Positions 1 through 14,700 of a DNA stretch of 32,000 nucleotides are shown here, one piece after another. Position 1 is the stretch's first letter; each line of letters begins with the position of its first letter. Where the stretch lies: NCBI RefSeq assembly GCF_054888755.1, contig NZ_CM142673.1; one strand, 5' to 3'. The notes beneath the pieces were generated by a model. It did not search any database. It was not told where the DNA came from and saw only the letters and a list, made by a program, of their open reading frames with translations. The position numbers were made by a program, and so were the translations under genes.

Positions 1-510
1 GTGCTGGCGGTGATGTGCGGCATTTTCTCTGCCGGGATGTCCTTTGCGATGAACGCCGCAAAACCGATGCATGAAGCCGCTGCTGCACTGGGCGTCGATC
101 CACTGTATGTCGCTCTGCCAAGCTATGTTGTCATCATGGGCGGCGGCGCGATCATCAACCTCGGTTTCTGCTTCATTCGTCTGGCAAAAGTGAAGGATTT
201 GTCGCTAAAAGCCGACTTCTCGCTGGCAAAACCGCTGATCTTTCACAATGTGTTACTCTCAGCACTGGGCGGGTTGATGTGGTATCTGCAATTCTTTTTC
301 TATGCCTGGGGCCACGCGCGTATTCCGGCGCAGTATGACTACATCAGCTGGATGCTGCATATGAGCTTCTATGTATTGTGCGGCGGTATCGTCGGGCTGG
401 TGCTGAAAGAGTGGAACAATGCAGGTCGCCGTCCGGTAACGGTGTTGAGCCTCGGTTGTGTGGTGATTATTGTTGCCGCCAACATCGTCGGCATGGGCAT
501 GGCGAATTAA
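1..510 (+). CDS. rhaT: L-rhamnose-proton symporter RhaT, C-terminal part (5' end outside window)
   Basis: Open from window edge, hydrophobic TM-rich protein matching recalled RhaT C-terminus; next to rhaR/rhaS. Confidence 0.93.
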   Translation: MLAVMCGIFSAGMSFAMNAAKPMHEAAAALGVDPLYVALPSYVVIMGGGAIINLGFCFIRLAKVKDLSLKADFSLAKPLIFHNVLLSALGGLMWYLQFFFYAWGHARIPAQYDYISWMLHMSFYVLCGGIVGLVLKEWNNAGRRPVTVLSLGCVVIIVAANIVGMGMAN

Positions 511-1355
511 TCTTTCTGCGAATTGAGATGACGCCACTGGCTGGGCGTCATCCCGGTTTCCCGGGTAAACACCACCGAAAAATAGTTACTATCTTCAAAG
601 CCACATTCGGTTGAAATATCACTGATTAACAGGCGGCTATGCTGGAGAAGATATTGCGCATGACACACTCTGACCTGCCGCAGATATTGATTGATGGTCA
701 TTCCAGTCTGCTGGCGAAATTGCTGACGCAAAACGCGCTCACTGCACGATGCCTCATCACAAAATTCATCCAGCGCAAAGGGACTTTTCAGGCTGGCCGC
801 CAGCCGGGTAATCAGCTTATCCAGCAACGTTTCGCTGGATGTTGGCGGCAACGAATCACTGGTGTAACGATGGCGATTCAGCAACATCACCAACTGCCCG
901 AACAGCAACTCTGCCATTTCGTTAGCAAACGGCACATGCTGACTACTTTCATGCTCAAGCTGACCGATAATCTGCCGCGCCTGTGCCATCCCCATGCTAC
1001 CTAAGCGCCAGTGTGGCTGCCCTGCGCTGGCGCTAAATCCCGGAATCGCCCTCTGCCAGTCAAGATTCAGCTTCAGCCGCTCCGGGCAATAAATAATATT
1101 CTGCAAAACCAGATCGTTAACGGAAGCGTAGGAGTGTTTATCGTCAGCATGAATGTAAAAGAGATCGCCACGGGTAATGCGATAAGGGCGATCGTTGAGT
1201 ACATGCAGACCATTACCGCGCCAGACAATCACCAGCTCACAAAAATCATGTGTATGTTCGGCAAAGACATCTTGCGGATAACGGTCAGCCACAGCGACTG
1301 CCTGCTGGTCGCTGGCAAAAAAATCATCTTTGAGAAGTTTTAACTGATGCGCCAC
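507..1355 (-). CDS. rhaR: AraC-family transcriptional activator RhaR (282 aa if GTG start at 1355)
   Basis: ORF 507..1466; the canonical RhaR N-terminus (M/V)[16 protein letters not shown] begins at a GTG codon at 1355. C-terminal AraC HTH. Confidence 0.93.
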   Translation of the reverse strand: MAHQLKLLKDDFFASDQQAVAVADRYPQDVFAEHTHDFCELVIVWRGNGLHVLNDRPYRITRGDLFYIHADDKHSYASVNDLVLQNIIYCPERLKLNLDWQRAIPGFSASAGQPHWRLGSMGMAQARQIIGQLEHESSQHVPFANEMAELLFGQLVMLLNRHRYTSDSLPPTSSETLLDKLITRLAASLKSPFALDEFCDEASCSERVLRQQFRQQTGMTINQYLRQVRVCHAQYLLQHSRLLISDISTECGFEDSNYFSVVFTRETGMTPSQWRHLNSQKD

Positions 1356-1428
1356 CGTGGCTACCTCGGCCAGAGAACGAAGTTGATTATTCGCAATATG
1401 GCGTACAAATACGTTGAGAAGATTCGCG

Positions 1429-2265
1429 TTATTGCAGAAAACCATCCCGTCCCTGACGAATATCACGCGGTGACCAGTTAAACTCTCGGCGAAAAAGCGT
1501 CGAAAAGTGGTTACTGTCGCTGAATCCGCAGCGATAGGCGATGTCAGTAACGCTGGCCTCGCTGTGGCGTAGCAGATGTCGGGCTTTCATCAGTCGCAGG
1601 CGGTTCAGGTAACGCTGAGGCGTCAGTCCCGTTTTCTGCTTAAGCTGCCGATGTAGCGTACGCAGCGAAAGAGAAAATTGATCCGCCACGGCATCCCAAT
1701 TCACCTCATCGGCAAAATGGTCCTCCAGCCAGGCCAGAAGCAAGTTGAGACGTGACGCGCTGTTTTCCAGGTTCTCCTGCAAACTGCTTTTACGCAGCAA
1801 GAGCAGTAATTGCATAAATAAGATCTCGCGACTGGCGGTCGAGGGTAAATCATTTTCCTCTTCCTGCTGTTCCATCTGTGCAACCAGCTGTCGCACCTGC
1901 TGCAACACGCTGTGGTTAACGCGCCAGTGAGACGGATACTGCCCATCCTGCTCTTGTGGCAGCAACTGATTCAGCCCGGCGAGAAACTGAAATCGATCCG
2001 GCGAGCGATACAGCACATTGGTCAGACACAGATTATCGGTATGTTCATACAGATGCCGATCATGATCGCGTACGAAACAGACCGTGCCACCGGTGATGGT
2101 ATAGGGCTGCCCATTAAACACATGAATACCCGTGCCATGTTCGACAATCACAATTTCATGAAAATCATGATGATGTTCAGGAAAATCCGCCTGCGGGAGC
2201 CGGGGTTCTATCGCCACGGACGCGTTACCAGACGGAAAAAAATCCACACTATGTAATACGGTCAT
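1429..2265 (-). CDS. rhaS: AraC-family transcriptional activator RhaS (278 aa)
   Basis: Protein starts [22 protein letters not shown], AraC HTH at C-terminus; divergent from rhaB. Confidence 0.96.
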
Positions 2266-2379
2266 ACTGGCCTCCTGATGTCGTCAACACGGCGAAATAG
2301 TAACCACGAGGTCAGGTTCTTACCTTAAATTTTCGACGGAAAACCACGTAAAAAACGTTGATTTTTCAAGATACAGCGT

Positions 2380-5278
<2,899 letters not shown>

Positions 5279-5280
5279 AC

Positions 5281-5326
5281 ACTGCCGGATGCGGCGCGAG
5301 CGCCTTATTCGGCCTACGGGTCGTGC
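5281..5326. repeat. REP-like palindromic element between rhaA and rhaD
   Basis: TGCCGGATGCGGCGCGAGCGCCTTATTCGGCCTACGG, consensus enterobacterial REP sequence. Confidence 0.8.
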
Positions 5327-5360
5327 ATCCGACAACACCGAATTTACAGGAACACAGAAC

Positions 5361-6185
5361 ATGCAAAACATTACCCAGTCCTGGTTTGTCCAGGGAATGA
5401 TCAAAGCCACCACCGACGCCTGGCTGAAAGGCTGGGACGAGCGCAATGGTGGTAACCTGACACTGCGCCTGGATGACGCCGATATCGCACCGTATCACGA
5501 CAACTTCCACCAACAACCGCGCTATGTCCCGCTCAGCCAGCCCATGCCTTTACTGGCAAATACACCGTTTATTGTCACCGGCTCCGGCAAATTCTTCCGC
5601 AACGTCCAGCTTGATCCTGCGGCTAACTTAGGCGTCGTAAAAGTCGACAGCGACGGCGCGGGCTACCACATTCTCTGGGGGCTAACTCACGAAGCCGTTC
5701 CAACCTCTGAACTCCCGGCGCACTTCCTCTCCCACTGCGAACGCATTAAAGCCACCAACGGTAAAGATCGGGTGATCATGCACTGCCATGCCACCAACCT
5801 GATCGCCCTTACCTACGTACTGGAAAACGACACCGCGGTCTTCACTCGCCAACTGTGGGAAGGCAGCACCGAATGTCTGGTAGTGTTCCCGGATGGCGTC
5901 GGCATTTTGCCGTGGATGGTGCCCGGCACCGACGAAATCGGCCAGGCGACCGCACAGGAAATGCAAAAACATTCGCTGGTGTTGTGGCCCTTCCACGGCG
6001 TCTTCGGCAGCGGTCCGACACTGGATGAAACATTCGGTTTAATCGACACCGCAGAAAAATCAGCACAAGTATTAGTGAAGGTTTATTCGATGGGCGGCAT
6101 GAAACAGACCATCAGTCGTGAAGAGTTGATAGCACTCGGCCAGCGTTTCGGCGTTACACCACTCGCCAGTGCGCTGGCGCTGTAA
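5361..6185 (+). CDS. rhaD: Rhamnulose-1-phosphate aldolase (274 aa from MQNITQSW)
   Basis: ORF 5289..6185; canonical start [21 protein letters not shown] at 5361. Confidence 0.97.
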   Translation: MQNITQSWFVQGMIKATTDAWLKGWDERNGGNLTLRLDDADIAPYHDNFHQQPRYVPLSQPMPLLANTPFIVTGSGKFFRNVQLDPAANLGVVKVDSDGAGYHILWGLTHEAVPTSELPAHFLSHCERIKATNGKDRVIMHCHATNLIALTYVLENDTAVFTRQLWEGSTECLVVFPDGVGILPWMVPGTDEIGQATAQEMQKHSLVLWPFHGVFGSGPTLDETFGLIDTAEKSAQVLVKVYSMGGMKQTISREELIALGQRFGVTPLASALAL

Positions 6186-6194
6186 GGAGCAAAC

Positions 6195-6509
6195 ATGATC
6201 CGCAAAGCCTTTGTCATGCAGGTTAACCCCGACGCCCACGAAGAGTATCAGCGTCGGCATAATCCAATCTGGCCGGAACTGGAAGCAGTGTTGAAATCTC
6301 ACGGTGCGCATAACTACGCCATTTACCTCGACAAAGCGCGTAATCTGCTGTTTGCCACGGTAGAGATTGAATCTGAAGAACGGTGGAATGCGGTTGCCAG
6401 CACTGAAATCTGCCAACGTTGGTGGAAATATATGACCGACGTTATGCCAGCTAACCCGGATAACAGCCCAGTCAGTAGCGAGCTGCAAGAAGTGTTTTAC
6501 CTGCCCTAA
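6195..6509 (+). CDS. rhaM: L-rhamnose mutarotase (104 aa)
   Basis: [46 protein letters not shown], immediately downstream of rhaD. Confidence 0.96.
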
Positions 6510-6549
6510 TGAGTTGCGGTGCCGGAAAATATCCAGCACCGCGCCTTCA

Positions 6550-7944
6550 TCAGAAGAAGTATTTAAAGCGAACGCGTGCGCCGTAACGGTCATCAGTATC
6601 ATCACCGTGTTTTTTATCACCGTCGCTATCCAGAATGGAGTAATACGTCCCGAGGTAAATATTAAAGTTCTCCATATCCATCACATTAGCGAACTGATAA
6701 GACGCATGAATGGTGTGAATGGTGTACGTCCCTTCATCATCAATCCAGCAGTCGTTATCACAAACTACACCGCTGAATTCATCAATCTTATTGTGCGCGT
6801 AGATATAACCCAGCTCGAAACGTTTCCACAGCGCGTTAATCCCGGCAGTGAAATCTTTCTCATTATTAGCATCTAAATAGGCGGTATTAAGATTAACCAC
6901 GACGCCATTTTCCGGATCCGTTTTCAGGCCATTCCAGGTCATGCTCATACCATAGCCGGTACGATCGGACTGATCGACAAAATTACCCTTGCTATCGGTA
7001 TAACCATAAGCATTATTTACCACGTTCGCTTCCATCGCTGCGGAAACGGTAAATTCTTCCGTCGGCGACCAGGCAATTACCGGACGCAGATAAGCAACAT
7101 TTTTCTGCTGCTCCATATCGCGTCCATGATAATTACCGTCATTATATAAAGATGTTCCGTCTTCAAGTAACGTGTTTAATTCAAAATACCAGTTATCAAG
7201 TTGTTTGCTGACGAGAAAATTACCGCCAGCGTTAGAGCGCCCGCGGCCCTCTTTCATCATATAGATATAACCGCTGCCATCGTCATAAAGATCGTTCGCA
7301 GTATTACCGGAATGTTCAACAAAGGTATCCTGATTCAGCGGGAACATATCGTAGGCTTCAAAACGGCCTACTTTGACCTTCCAGTCGTTTTCTTTGCCAA
7401 AGAAGAATACCGCATCATCGATATTTACTGAACCGTGCATGTCCCCCAGCGGTTGTGCGGAGAACCCGGCGAAATAACCATTATCCAATTTTCGCATACC
7501 ATCAAAACCTAACAGAATACGACCATTGAGATTCCACTGTTCATTAGTGGGATCGCTATTCACATCAGCGTTGGTCATTGCCAGCAGGCCATGATTACTT
7601 TCCGCATCCATATTAAATTCTACGTCGCCGTAGATTTTTAAATCGCCATAACCTGAAAGCAAAAGATTAGGTGAGGTGGAATTTTTCTTTGCAGATTCCG
7701 CCGTTGCCTGTCCATTTACCGGCGTATTGCCCTGGGCAGCCTTAATTTCGCGGATCTCAGCGGCTTGTTGTGTCTGCAGCTGTTTAACCTGGCTCTCTGC
7801 TTTTGCTGCCCGCATTTCTGCCGCTTCCAGGCGTTCTTCCAGCAATGCCATGCGTTGTTCCAGCGTTAAATGCTGTGTTTTTGCCATTCCGGTACTACAT
7901 GCCAATAATAAACCGATGGCTAAAGATAATGTCGATTTTTTCAT
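6550..7944 (-). CDS. Outer-membrane carbohydrate-type porin (RafY/ScrY/BglH-like, 464 aa)
   Basis: Signal peptide MKKSTLSLAIGLLLACSTGMAKT, periplasmic coiled-coil (LTLEQRMALLEERLEAAEMRAAKAESQVKQLQTQQ), amphipathic beta-strand-rich body and terminal FKYFF (terminal Phe typical of OM beta-barrels). Confidence 0.8.
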   Translation of the reverse strand: MKKSTLSLAIGLLLACSTGMAKTQHLTLEQRMALLEERLEAAEMRAAKAESQVKQLQTQQAAEIREIKAAQGNTPVNGQATAESAKKNSTSPNLLLSGYGDLKIYGDVEFNMDAESNHGLLAMTNADVNSDPTNEQWNLNGRILLGFDGMRKLDNGYFAGFSAQPLGDMHGSVNIDDAVFFFGKENDWKVKVGRFEAYDMFPLNQDTFVEHSGNTANDLYDDGSGYIYMMKEGRGRSNAGGNFLVSKQLDNWYFELNTLLEDGTSLYNDGNYHGRDMEQQKNVAYLRPVIAWSPTEEFTVSAAMEANVVNNAYGYTDSKGNFVDQSDRTGYGMSMTWNGLKTDPENGVVVNLNTAYLDANNEKDFTAGINALWKRFELGYIYAHNKIDEFSGVVCDNDCWIDDEGTYTIHTIHASYQFANVMDMENFNIYLGTYYSILDSDGDKKHGDDTDDRYGARVRFKYFF

Positions 7945-8339
7945 TATTTACGTTCCCTGAAATAAAAGAGACCCTACGCTTTCCAAAAGGAATACGTATA
8001 TAGAGAAATATAAGGTGTGCACTTTCGAATTTTCAATCCAACTTCAGCAGGCCGATGGATAGTATCCCGCTGCATAATATGAGTAAATCCGCTGATTTCC
8101 TGGAACGTGAGGAATATAACAATAGTGCCGTTTTTAACTAAATATCGTAAAAAAAATTAGATATGATTCACGCTGACTCATAAGCCACAAATATAAATAA
8201 CGCTTAAACAAATTATCTGAGACATTTAAACATTCACAAAATCATTAAATAATGACACTTTATTCAAAAAATTTATCCTTCACTCTGCTTTATATTGTCA
8301 CGACTTCGTGACATATCCGCGCTAATCACAAACCCGCCC

Positions 8340-9026
8340 CGCGATTACAATTGACTGAAATATTTCATCGACCATTTCGTTGTACTCGCATAATGCTCTC
8401 GGGAAATGAGTCGTCGACCATCCAGCTTGTGTTTGCATCCTGAAGTTGCTCTTTATCCCAGTCAGAGTACGGAACTTTATCTCTGATGCGGCGAACGTAT
8501 TTTTTAGCCTCGAGTTGATACTAGCCTGCCGAATTAATAAACGAGAAATTCATGCCGCTTTTATCCGCTTCTTTGGCTTGCGCCACCAGCGTTTCCAGTT
8601 CAGACACTTTCTTCATTGCCGCTTCTGCATCAAACTTATTTTGCGATATCAGGTTATTAATTTGTTTCGCTGAAATCATGACTGCCAGAGAGTAGTAGTG
8701 GAATGTTTCCCCTTCTCTTTCTTCAATATTTTTCAATTCCGCAAGCTGGCGCTTATCGTTAATTTCCTGAATCGCCGCATGATAAGATTCTGCTACAGGT
8801 TCAAAGGCTTCAAGATTTTTAAGAATGTCTGGTGCAGCGTTTTCCCTTTCGCAAACGCATCGTCTTTATAATTTTCCTGGGTGTAATATTTATCCATTTC
8901 GTTAATGGTATTACCCAACGCCACGGCAGCATCAATATAACTCACCGCCACGCCATCAATAGGTTGCAGCGCAGGCGTTAACGCCACTACACGCGTTTTG
9001 TTTATAAATAAAATAATAAAATTCAC
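8340..9026 (-). pseudogene. yiiG: yiiG remnant (DUF3829-type lipoprotein), 5'-truncated, frameshifted and with an internal stop
   Basis: Fragments VVALTPALQPIDGVAVSYIDAAVALGNTINEMDKYYTQENYKDDAFAKGKTLHQTFLK (8793..9026) and MKNIEEREGETFHYYSLAVMISAKQINNLISQ...NSAG* (8521..8736), followed by codons for YQLEAKKYVRR after an in-frame TAG. Confidence 0.88.
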
Positions 9027-9075
9027 GAAATGAATAAGTCCTGCAATTTAATATATATCGCAGGACTTATTTTAA

Positions 9076-9909
9076 TTAATTGCTCAAACGCTGCGGATGG
9101 GTATAAACCGTTGCCCGACCCGGTTTACAAAAGCCCACCAGCGTCAAATTACAGCGTTCAGCCACTTCTACAGCAAGCGTGGTCGCGGCAGACACCGCAA
9201 ACAAAATCTCTACGCCGCACATCGCCGACTTTTGCACCATTTCATAACTGGCACGACTGGAAACCAGTACCGCACCTTGCTGCCAGCTTTCCCCTTCTTG
9301 TGACCGGCGGCCTAACAGTTTGTCCAGCGCCACATGGCGACCCACGTCTTCATGCCCGCCGACCAGTTCGCCAGATGGCAACATCCATGCAGCGGCGTGA
9401 GTACAACCAGTCAGTTGCCCCACTGGCTGGAAATCATTGAGATGACGTAATGCATCATCCAGTTTGTTGAGATCAAACGTCTGGGTGAACGGCAGCGGCT
9501 GCACCGGTTTCCCGATATCGTTAAGCTGTTCTACACCGCATACGCCACAGCCCGTACGTCCCGCCAGCGCCCGGCGGCGTTCCTTCAACCCCATAAAGCG
9601 GCGGCTGGAAAGCTCAATTTGAACTTCAAGACCATTACAGGAAGGAACGACATCCATGCCAAAGATATCGCGCGGACTTTCGATTATCCCCTCGGAAAGC
9701 GAAAAACCGAGCGCAAAGTACTCAAGGTCTTTGGGCGACGCCATCATCACCACATGCGAAATGCCGTTGTAGACCAGCGCAACGGGAACTTCTTCCGCGA
9801 CCTCATCTAACCGTGGGTGTTGTAAATCATCACGCCGCCATAACTCAATTTGACGAACACCTGTGATATTTGTCACATTTTCGATTTCTTTTTGCTGTGT
9901 TTTTTTCAC
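9076..9909 (-). CDS. fdhD: Formate dehydrogenase accessory sulfurtransferase FdhD (277 aa)
   Basis: Full-length match to recalled FdhD, with conserved GRTGCGVCG motif. Confidence 0.97.
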
Positions 9910-10102
9910 TTTCTCTTAACCAGATAAGAACACACACACCAACATTATGGTATTCTGTTACAAACCCTTCCTGGATGGAGGGAAATTGAGCCAATTCTGG
10001 ACCTTTGCGGCCCCTTCCGCAAAGAAAAATAACTCCCACTCCCTGCACACGCAGCAAGCGAATGTAAATGGGACGTGACAATGTCGAAACAAGGAGCAAT
10101 CC

Positions 10103-13100
10103 ATGCAGGTCAGCAGAAGGCAGTTCTTTAAGATCTGCGCTGGCGGTATGGCAGGCACCACGGCGGCGGCACTGGGTTTTGCCCCCAGCGTAGCACTCGC
10201 GGAAACCCGGCAGTATAAACTGCTGCGCACCCGCGAAACCCGTAATACCTGCACCTATTGTTCCGTAGGCTGTGGGCTGTTGATGTACAGCCTCGGTGAC
10301 GGAGCAAAAAACGCCAAAGCATCTATCTTCCATATCGAAGGCGATCCGGATCACCCGGTCAACCGCGGTGCACTTTGTCCGAAAGGCGCTGGCCTGGTGG
10401 ATTTCATCCACTCCGAAAGCCGTCTGAAGTTTCCGGAATACCGTGCGCCAGGTTCTGATAAATGGCAGCAAATCAGTTGGGAAGAGGCGTTTGATCGCAT
10501 CGCCAAACTGATGAAAGAAGACCGCGATGCTAACTACATTGCGCAAAACGCCGAAGGCGTGACCGTTAACCGCTGGCTCTCCACCGGGATGCTGTGTGCT
10601 TCCGCGTCGAGTAACGAAACCGGCTATTTAACGCAAAAATTCTCCCGCGCGCTGGGGATGCTCGCGGTCGACAACCAGGCGCGTGTCTGACACGGACCAA
10701 CGGTAGCAAGTCTTGCTCCAACATTTGGTCGCGGTGCGATGACCAACCACTGGGTCGACATCAAGAACGCCAACCTCGTCGTGGTGATGGGCGGTAACGC
10801 CGCTGAAGCTCACCCGGTCGGGTTCCGCTGGGCGATGGAAGCCAAAATTCACAATGGCGCGAAGCTGATTGTGATCGATCCTCGCTTTACGCGTACGGCG
10901 GCGGTGGCTGACTACTATGCCCCTATTCGTTCCGGTACTGACATTGCTTTCCTGTCAGGCGTATTGCTGTACCTGCTGAACAATGAAAAATTCAACCGCG
11001 AATACACCGAAGCCTATACCAACGCCAGCCTGATCGTGCGTGAGGATTACGGCTTTGAAGATGGCCTGTTCACCGGCTATGACGCGGAAAAACGCAAGTA
11101 CGATAAATCCTCCTGGACTTACGAACTGGACGAAAACGGCTTCGCCAAACGCGATACCACGCTGCAACATCCGCGCTGCGTGTGGAACTTGCTGAAACAG
11201 CACGTTTCCCGCTACACGCCAGATGTGGTTGAAAACATCTGTGGTACGCCAAAAGACGCGTTCCTGAAAGTCTGCGAATACATCGCAGAAACCAGTGCTC
11301 ACGATAAAACTGCCTCGTTCCTGTATGCCCTCGGCTGGACGCAACACTCCGTTGGTGCGCAAAACATTCGTACGATGGCGATGATCCAGCTGCTGCTCGG
11401 CAATATGGGGATGGCAGGCGGCGGCGTTAACGCCCTGCGCGGTCACTCCAATATTCAGGGACTGACGGACCTGGGGCTGCTGTCGCAGAGCCTGCCGGGT
11501 TACATGACGCTGCCGAGCGAGAAGCAGACCGATCTGCAAACCTACCTTACCGCCAACACGCCAAAACCGCTGCTGGAAGGCCAGGTAAACTACTGGGGCA
11601 ACTACCCGAAATTCTTCGTCTCCATGATGAAGGCCTTCTTTGGTGATAAAGCGACGGCGGAAAATAGCTGGGGCTTTGACTGGTTGCCGAAGTGGGATAA
11701 AGGCTACGACGTCCTGCAATACTTCGAGATGATGAAAGAAGGCAAGGTCAATGGCTATATCTGCCAGGGCTTTAACCCGGTTGCCTCATTCCCGAACAAA
11801 AACAAAGTGATCGGTTGTCTGTCGAAACTGAAGTTCCTCGTCACCATCGACCCGCTGAACACTGAAACCTCTAACTTCTGGCAGAACCACGGTGAGCTGA
11901 ACGAAGTTGACTCGTCGAAGATCCAGACCGAAGTGTTCCGTCTGCCATCGACCTGCTTCGCGGAAGAGAACGGTTCTATCGTTAACTCCGGTCGCTGGTT
12001 GCAGTGGCACTGGAAAGGTGCGGACGCCCCGGGAATTGCGCTGACTGATGGCGAGATCCTCTCCGGTATCTTCCTGCGCTTGCGCAAGATGTATGCCGAA
12101 CAGGGTGGCGCGAACCCGGACCAGGTGCTGAACATGACCTGGAACTACGCCATTCCGCATGAGCCGAAGTCGGAAGAAGTAGCGATGGAGAGCAACGGTA
12201 AGGCGCTGGCCGATATTACCGATCCGGCAACCGGTGCGGTTATCGTCAAGAAAGGCCAACAACTTAGCTCGTTCGCCCAACTGCGCGATGACGGTACGAC
12301 CTCCTGTGGCTGCTGGATTTTCGCCGGTAGCTGGACGCCAGAAGGTAACCAGATGGCGCGTCGTGATAACGCCGATCCGTCTGGCCTCGGTAACACGCTG
12401 GGCTGGGCATGGGCATGGCCGCTTAACCGCCGCATTCTGTATAACCGCGCCTCCGCAGATCCGCAGGGTAACCCGTGGGATCCGAAGCGTCAGTTGCTGA
12501 AATGGGACGGCACTAAGTGGACCGGCTGGGATATTCCGGACTACAGCGCAGCACCTCCGGGTAGCGGCGTCGGGCCGTTTATCATGCAGCAGGAAGGCAT
12601 GGGGCGTCTGTTTGCCCTCGATAAGATGGCGGAAGGTCCGTTCCCGGAACACTACGAGCCGTTTGAAACGCCGCTGGGAACTAACCCGCTGCATCCAAAC
12701 GTTATCTCGAACCCGGCTGCACGTATCTTTAAAGACGACGCCGAAGCGTTGGGTAAAGCCGATAAGTTCCCGTATGTCGGAACCACCTATCGTCTGACCG
12801 AGCACTTCCACTACTGGACCAAACACGCGCTGTTGAACGCGATTTTGCAACCAGAGCAGTTTGTGGAAATCGGGGAGTCGCTGGCGAATAAACTTGGCAT
12901 TGCCCAGGGCGATACCGTGAAAGTCTCCTCCAACCGTGGCTATATCAAAGCCAAAGCGGTGGTGACCAAACGTATTCGCACGCTAAAAGCGAACGGCAAA
13001 GATATCGATACCATCGGTATTCCGATTCACTGGGGCTATGAAGGCGTAGCTAAAAAAGGCTTTATTGCCAATACGTTAACGCCATTCGTTGGTGATGCGA

Positions 13101-13153
13101 ACACGCAGACGCCAGAGTTTAAGTCCTTCCTTGTGAATGTGGAAAAGGTGTAA
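10103..13153 (+). CDS. fdoG: Formate dehydrogenase-O major subunit, selenocysteine at codon 196 (1016 aa with UGA read-through)
   Basis: ORFs 10103..10690 and 10739..13153 share one frame, separated by a TGA at 10688..10690; Tat signal (SRRQFFKICAGG), Fe-S motif CTYCSVGC, molybdopterin oxidoreductase body. Confidence 0.96.
10688..10730 (+). promoter_or_regulatory. SECIS element of fdoG immediately 3' of the Sec UGA
   Basis: TGACACGGACCAACGGTAGCAAGTCTTGCTCCAACATTTGGTC: outer stem ACCAA/TTGGT, inner stem GG-(T bulge)-AGCAA/TTGCT-CC with GTC apical loop. Confidence 0.88.
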
Positions 13154-13165
13154 CGGAGACGACAT

Positions 13166-14068
13166 ATGGCTTATCAATCTCAAGATATCATTCGTCGTTC
13201 CGCGACTAACGGTCTGACCCCCGCGCCTCAGGCGCGGGACTTCCAGGAAGAAGTGGCGAAACTCATCGACGTCACCACCTGTATCGGCTGTAAAGCCTGT
13301 CAGGTGGCGTGTTCAGAGTGGAACGACATTCGCGATACCGTCGGCAATAACATTGGGGTGTACGACAACCCCAATGATTTAAGTGCCAAATCGTGGACGG
13401 TAATGCGCTTCTCGGAAGTGGAGCAGAACGACAAACTGGAATGGCTGATCCGCAAAGACGGCTGTATGCACTGTTCCGATCCAGGCTGCCTGAAAGCGTG
13501 CCCGGCGGAAGGAGCAATTATTCAGTATGCCAACGGTATCGTCGACTTCCAGTCCGAGCAGTGCATCGGCTGCGGTTATTGCATTGCGGGCTGTCCGTTC
13601 GACATTCCGCGCCTCAACCCGGAAGACAACCGCGTCTACAAATGTACGCTGTGCGTTGACCGCGTGGTGGTTGGGCAAGAACCGGCCTGCGTGAAGACCT
13701 GCCCAACGGGCGCGATTCACTTCGGTACGAAAGAGTCGATGAAAACGCTGGCGAGCGAGCGCGTGGCGGAGCTGAAAACTCGCGGTTACGACAATGCGGG
13801 TCTGTACGATCCGGCAGGCGTTGGTGGTACACACGTTATGTACGTGCTGCACCATGCTGACAAGCCAAATCTGTATCATGGCTTGCCGGAGAACCCGGAA
13901 ATCAGCGAAACCGTGAAATTCTGGAAAGGCATCTGGAAACCGCTCGCGGCTGTTGGCTTTGCGGCTACCTTTGCGGCCAGTATCTTCCACTACGTGGGTG
14001 TCGGTCCGAACCGTGCGGATGAGGAAGAGAATAATCTGCACGAAGAGAAAGACGAGGAGCGCAAATGA
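13166..14068 (+). CDS. fdoH: Formate dehydrogenase-O iron-sulfur subunit (300 aa)
   Basis: Four ferredoxin-like Cys clusters ([49 protein letters not shown]...) and a C-terminal TM segment. Confidence 0.96.
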
Positions 14069-14700
14069 AACGACGTGACACCATCGTGCGCTACACCGCG
14101 CCGGAACGTATCAACCACTGGATCACCGCCTTCTGCTTCATCCTGGCGGCGGTGAGCGGGCTGGGCTTTTTGTTCCCGTCCTTCAACTGGTTGATGCAAA
14201 TCATGGGCACACCGCAGCTGGCGCGAATTCTGCACCCGTTTGTCGGCGTGGTTATGTTTGCCTCGTTCATCATCATGTTTTTCCGTTACTGGCATCACAA
14301 CCTAATCAATCGGGATGATATCTTTTGGGCGAAGAATATTCGTAAGATCGTCGTCAACGAGGAAGTAGGTGACACCGGGCGTTATAACTTCGGTCAGAAA
14401 TGCGTTTTCTGGGCGGCGATTATTTTCCTGGTTCTGCTGCTGGTGAGCGGCGTGATTATCTGGCGTCCTTATTTTGCGCCTGCTTTCTCAATCCCGGTGA
14501 TCCGATTCGCGTTAATGCTGCATTCATTTGCCGCAGTGGCGTTAATTGTGGTTATCATGGTGCATATCTACGCCGCCCTTTGGGTGAAAGGCACGATTAC
14601 CGCCATGGTGGAAGGATGGGTTACCAGCGCCTGGGCGAAGAAACATCACCCGCGCTGGTACCGTGAGGTCCGCAAGACAACGGAAAAGAAAGCTGAATGA
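14065..14700 (+). CDS. fdoI: Formate dehydrogenase-O cytochrome b556 subunit (211 aa)
   Basis: [42 protein letters not shown]; multi-pass cytochrome b; coupled to fdoH. Confidence 0.96.

Noticed and set aside
9030-9440. 136-aa plus-strand [30 protein letters not shown]...
   Set aside because: The start looks like a signal peptide, but it is almost entirely antisense to fdhD and becomes Pro/Arg-rich translation of its complement; kept only as a curiosity.
10955-11719. 254-aa minus-strand ORF opposite fdoG
   Set aside because: Antisense shadow ORF; fdoG fully explains the interval.
11786-12850. 354-aa minus-strand ORF opposite fdoG
   Set aside because: Antisense shadow of fdoG with no recognisable domain or plausible RBS.
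10739-13153. Separate gene starting at MTNHWVDIKNANLVV
   Set aside because: It is the post-selenocysteine portion of fdoG, in frame across the UGA.
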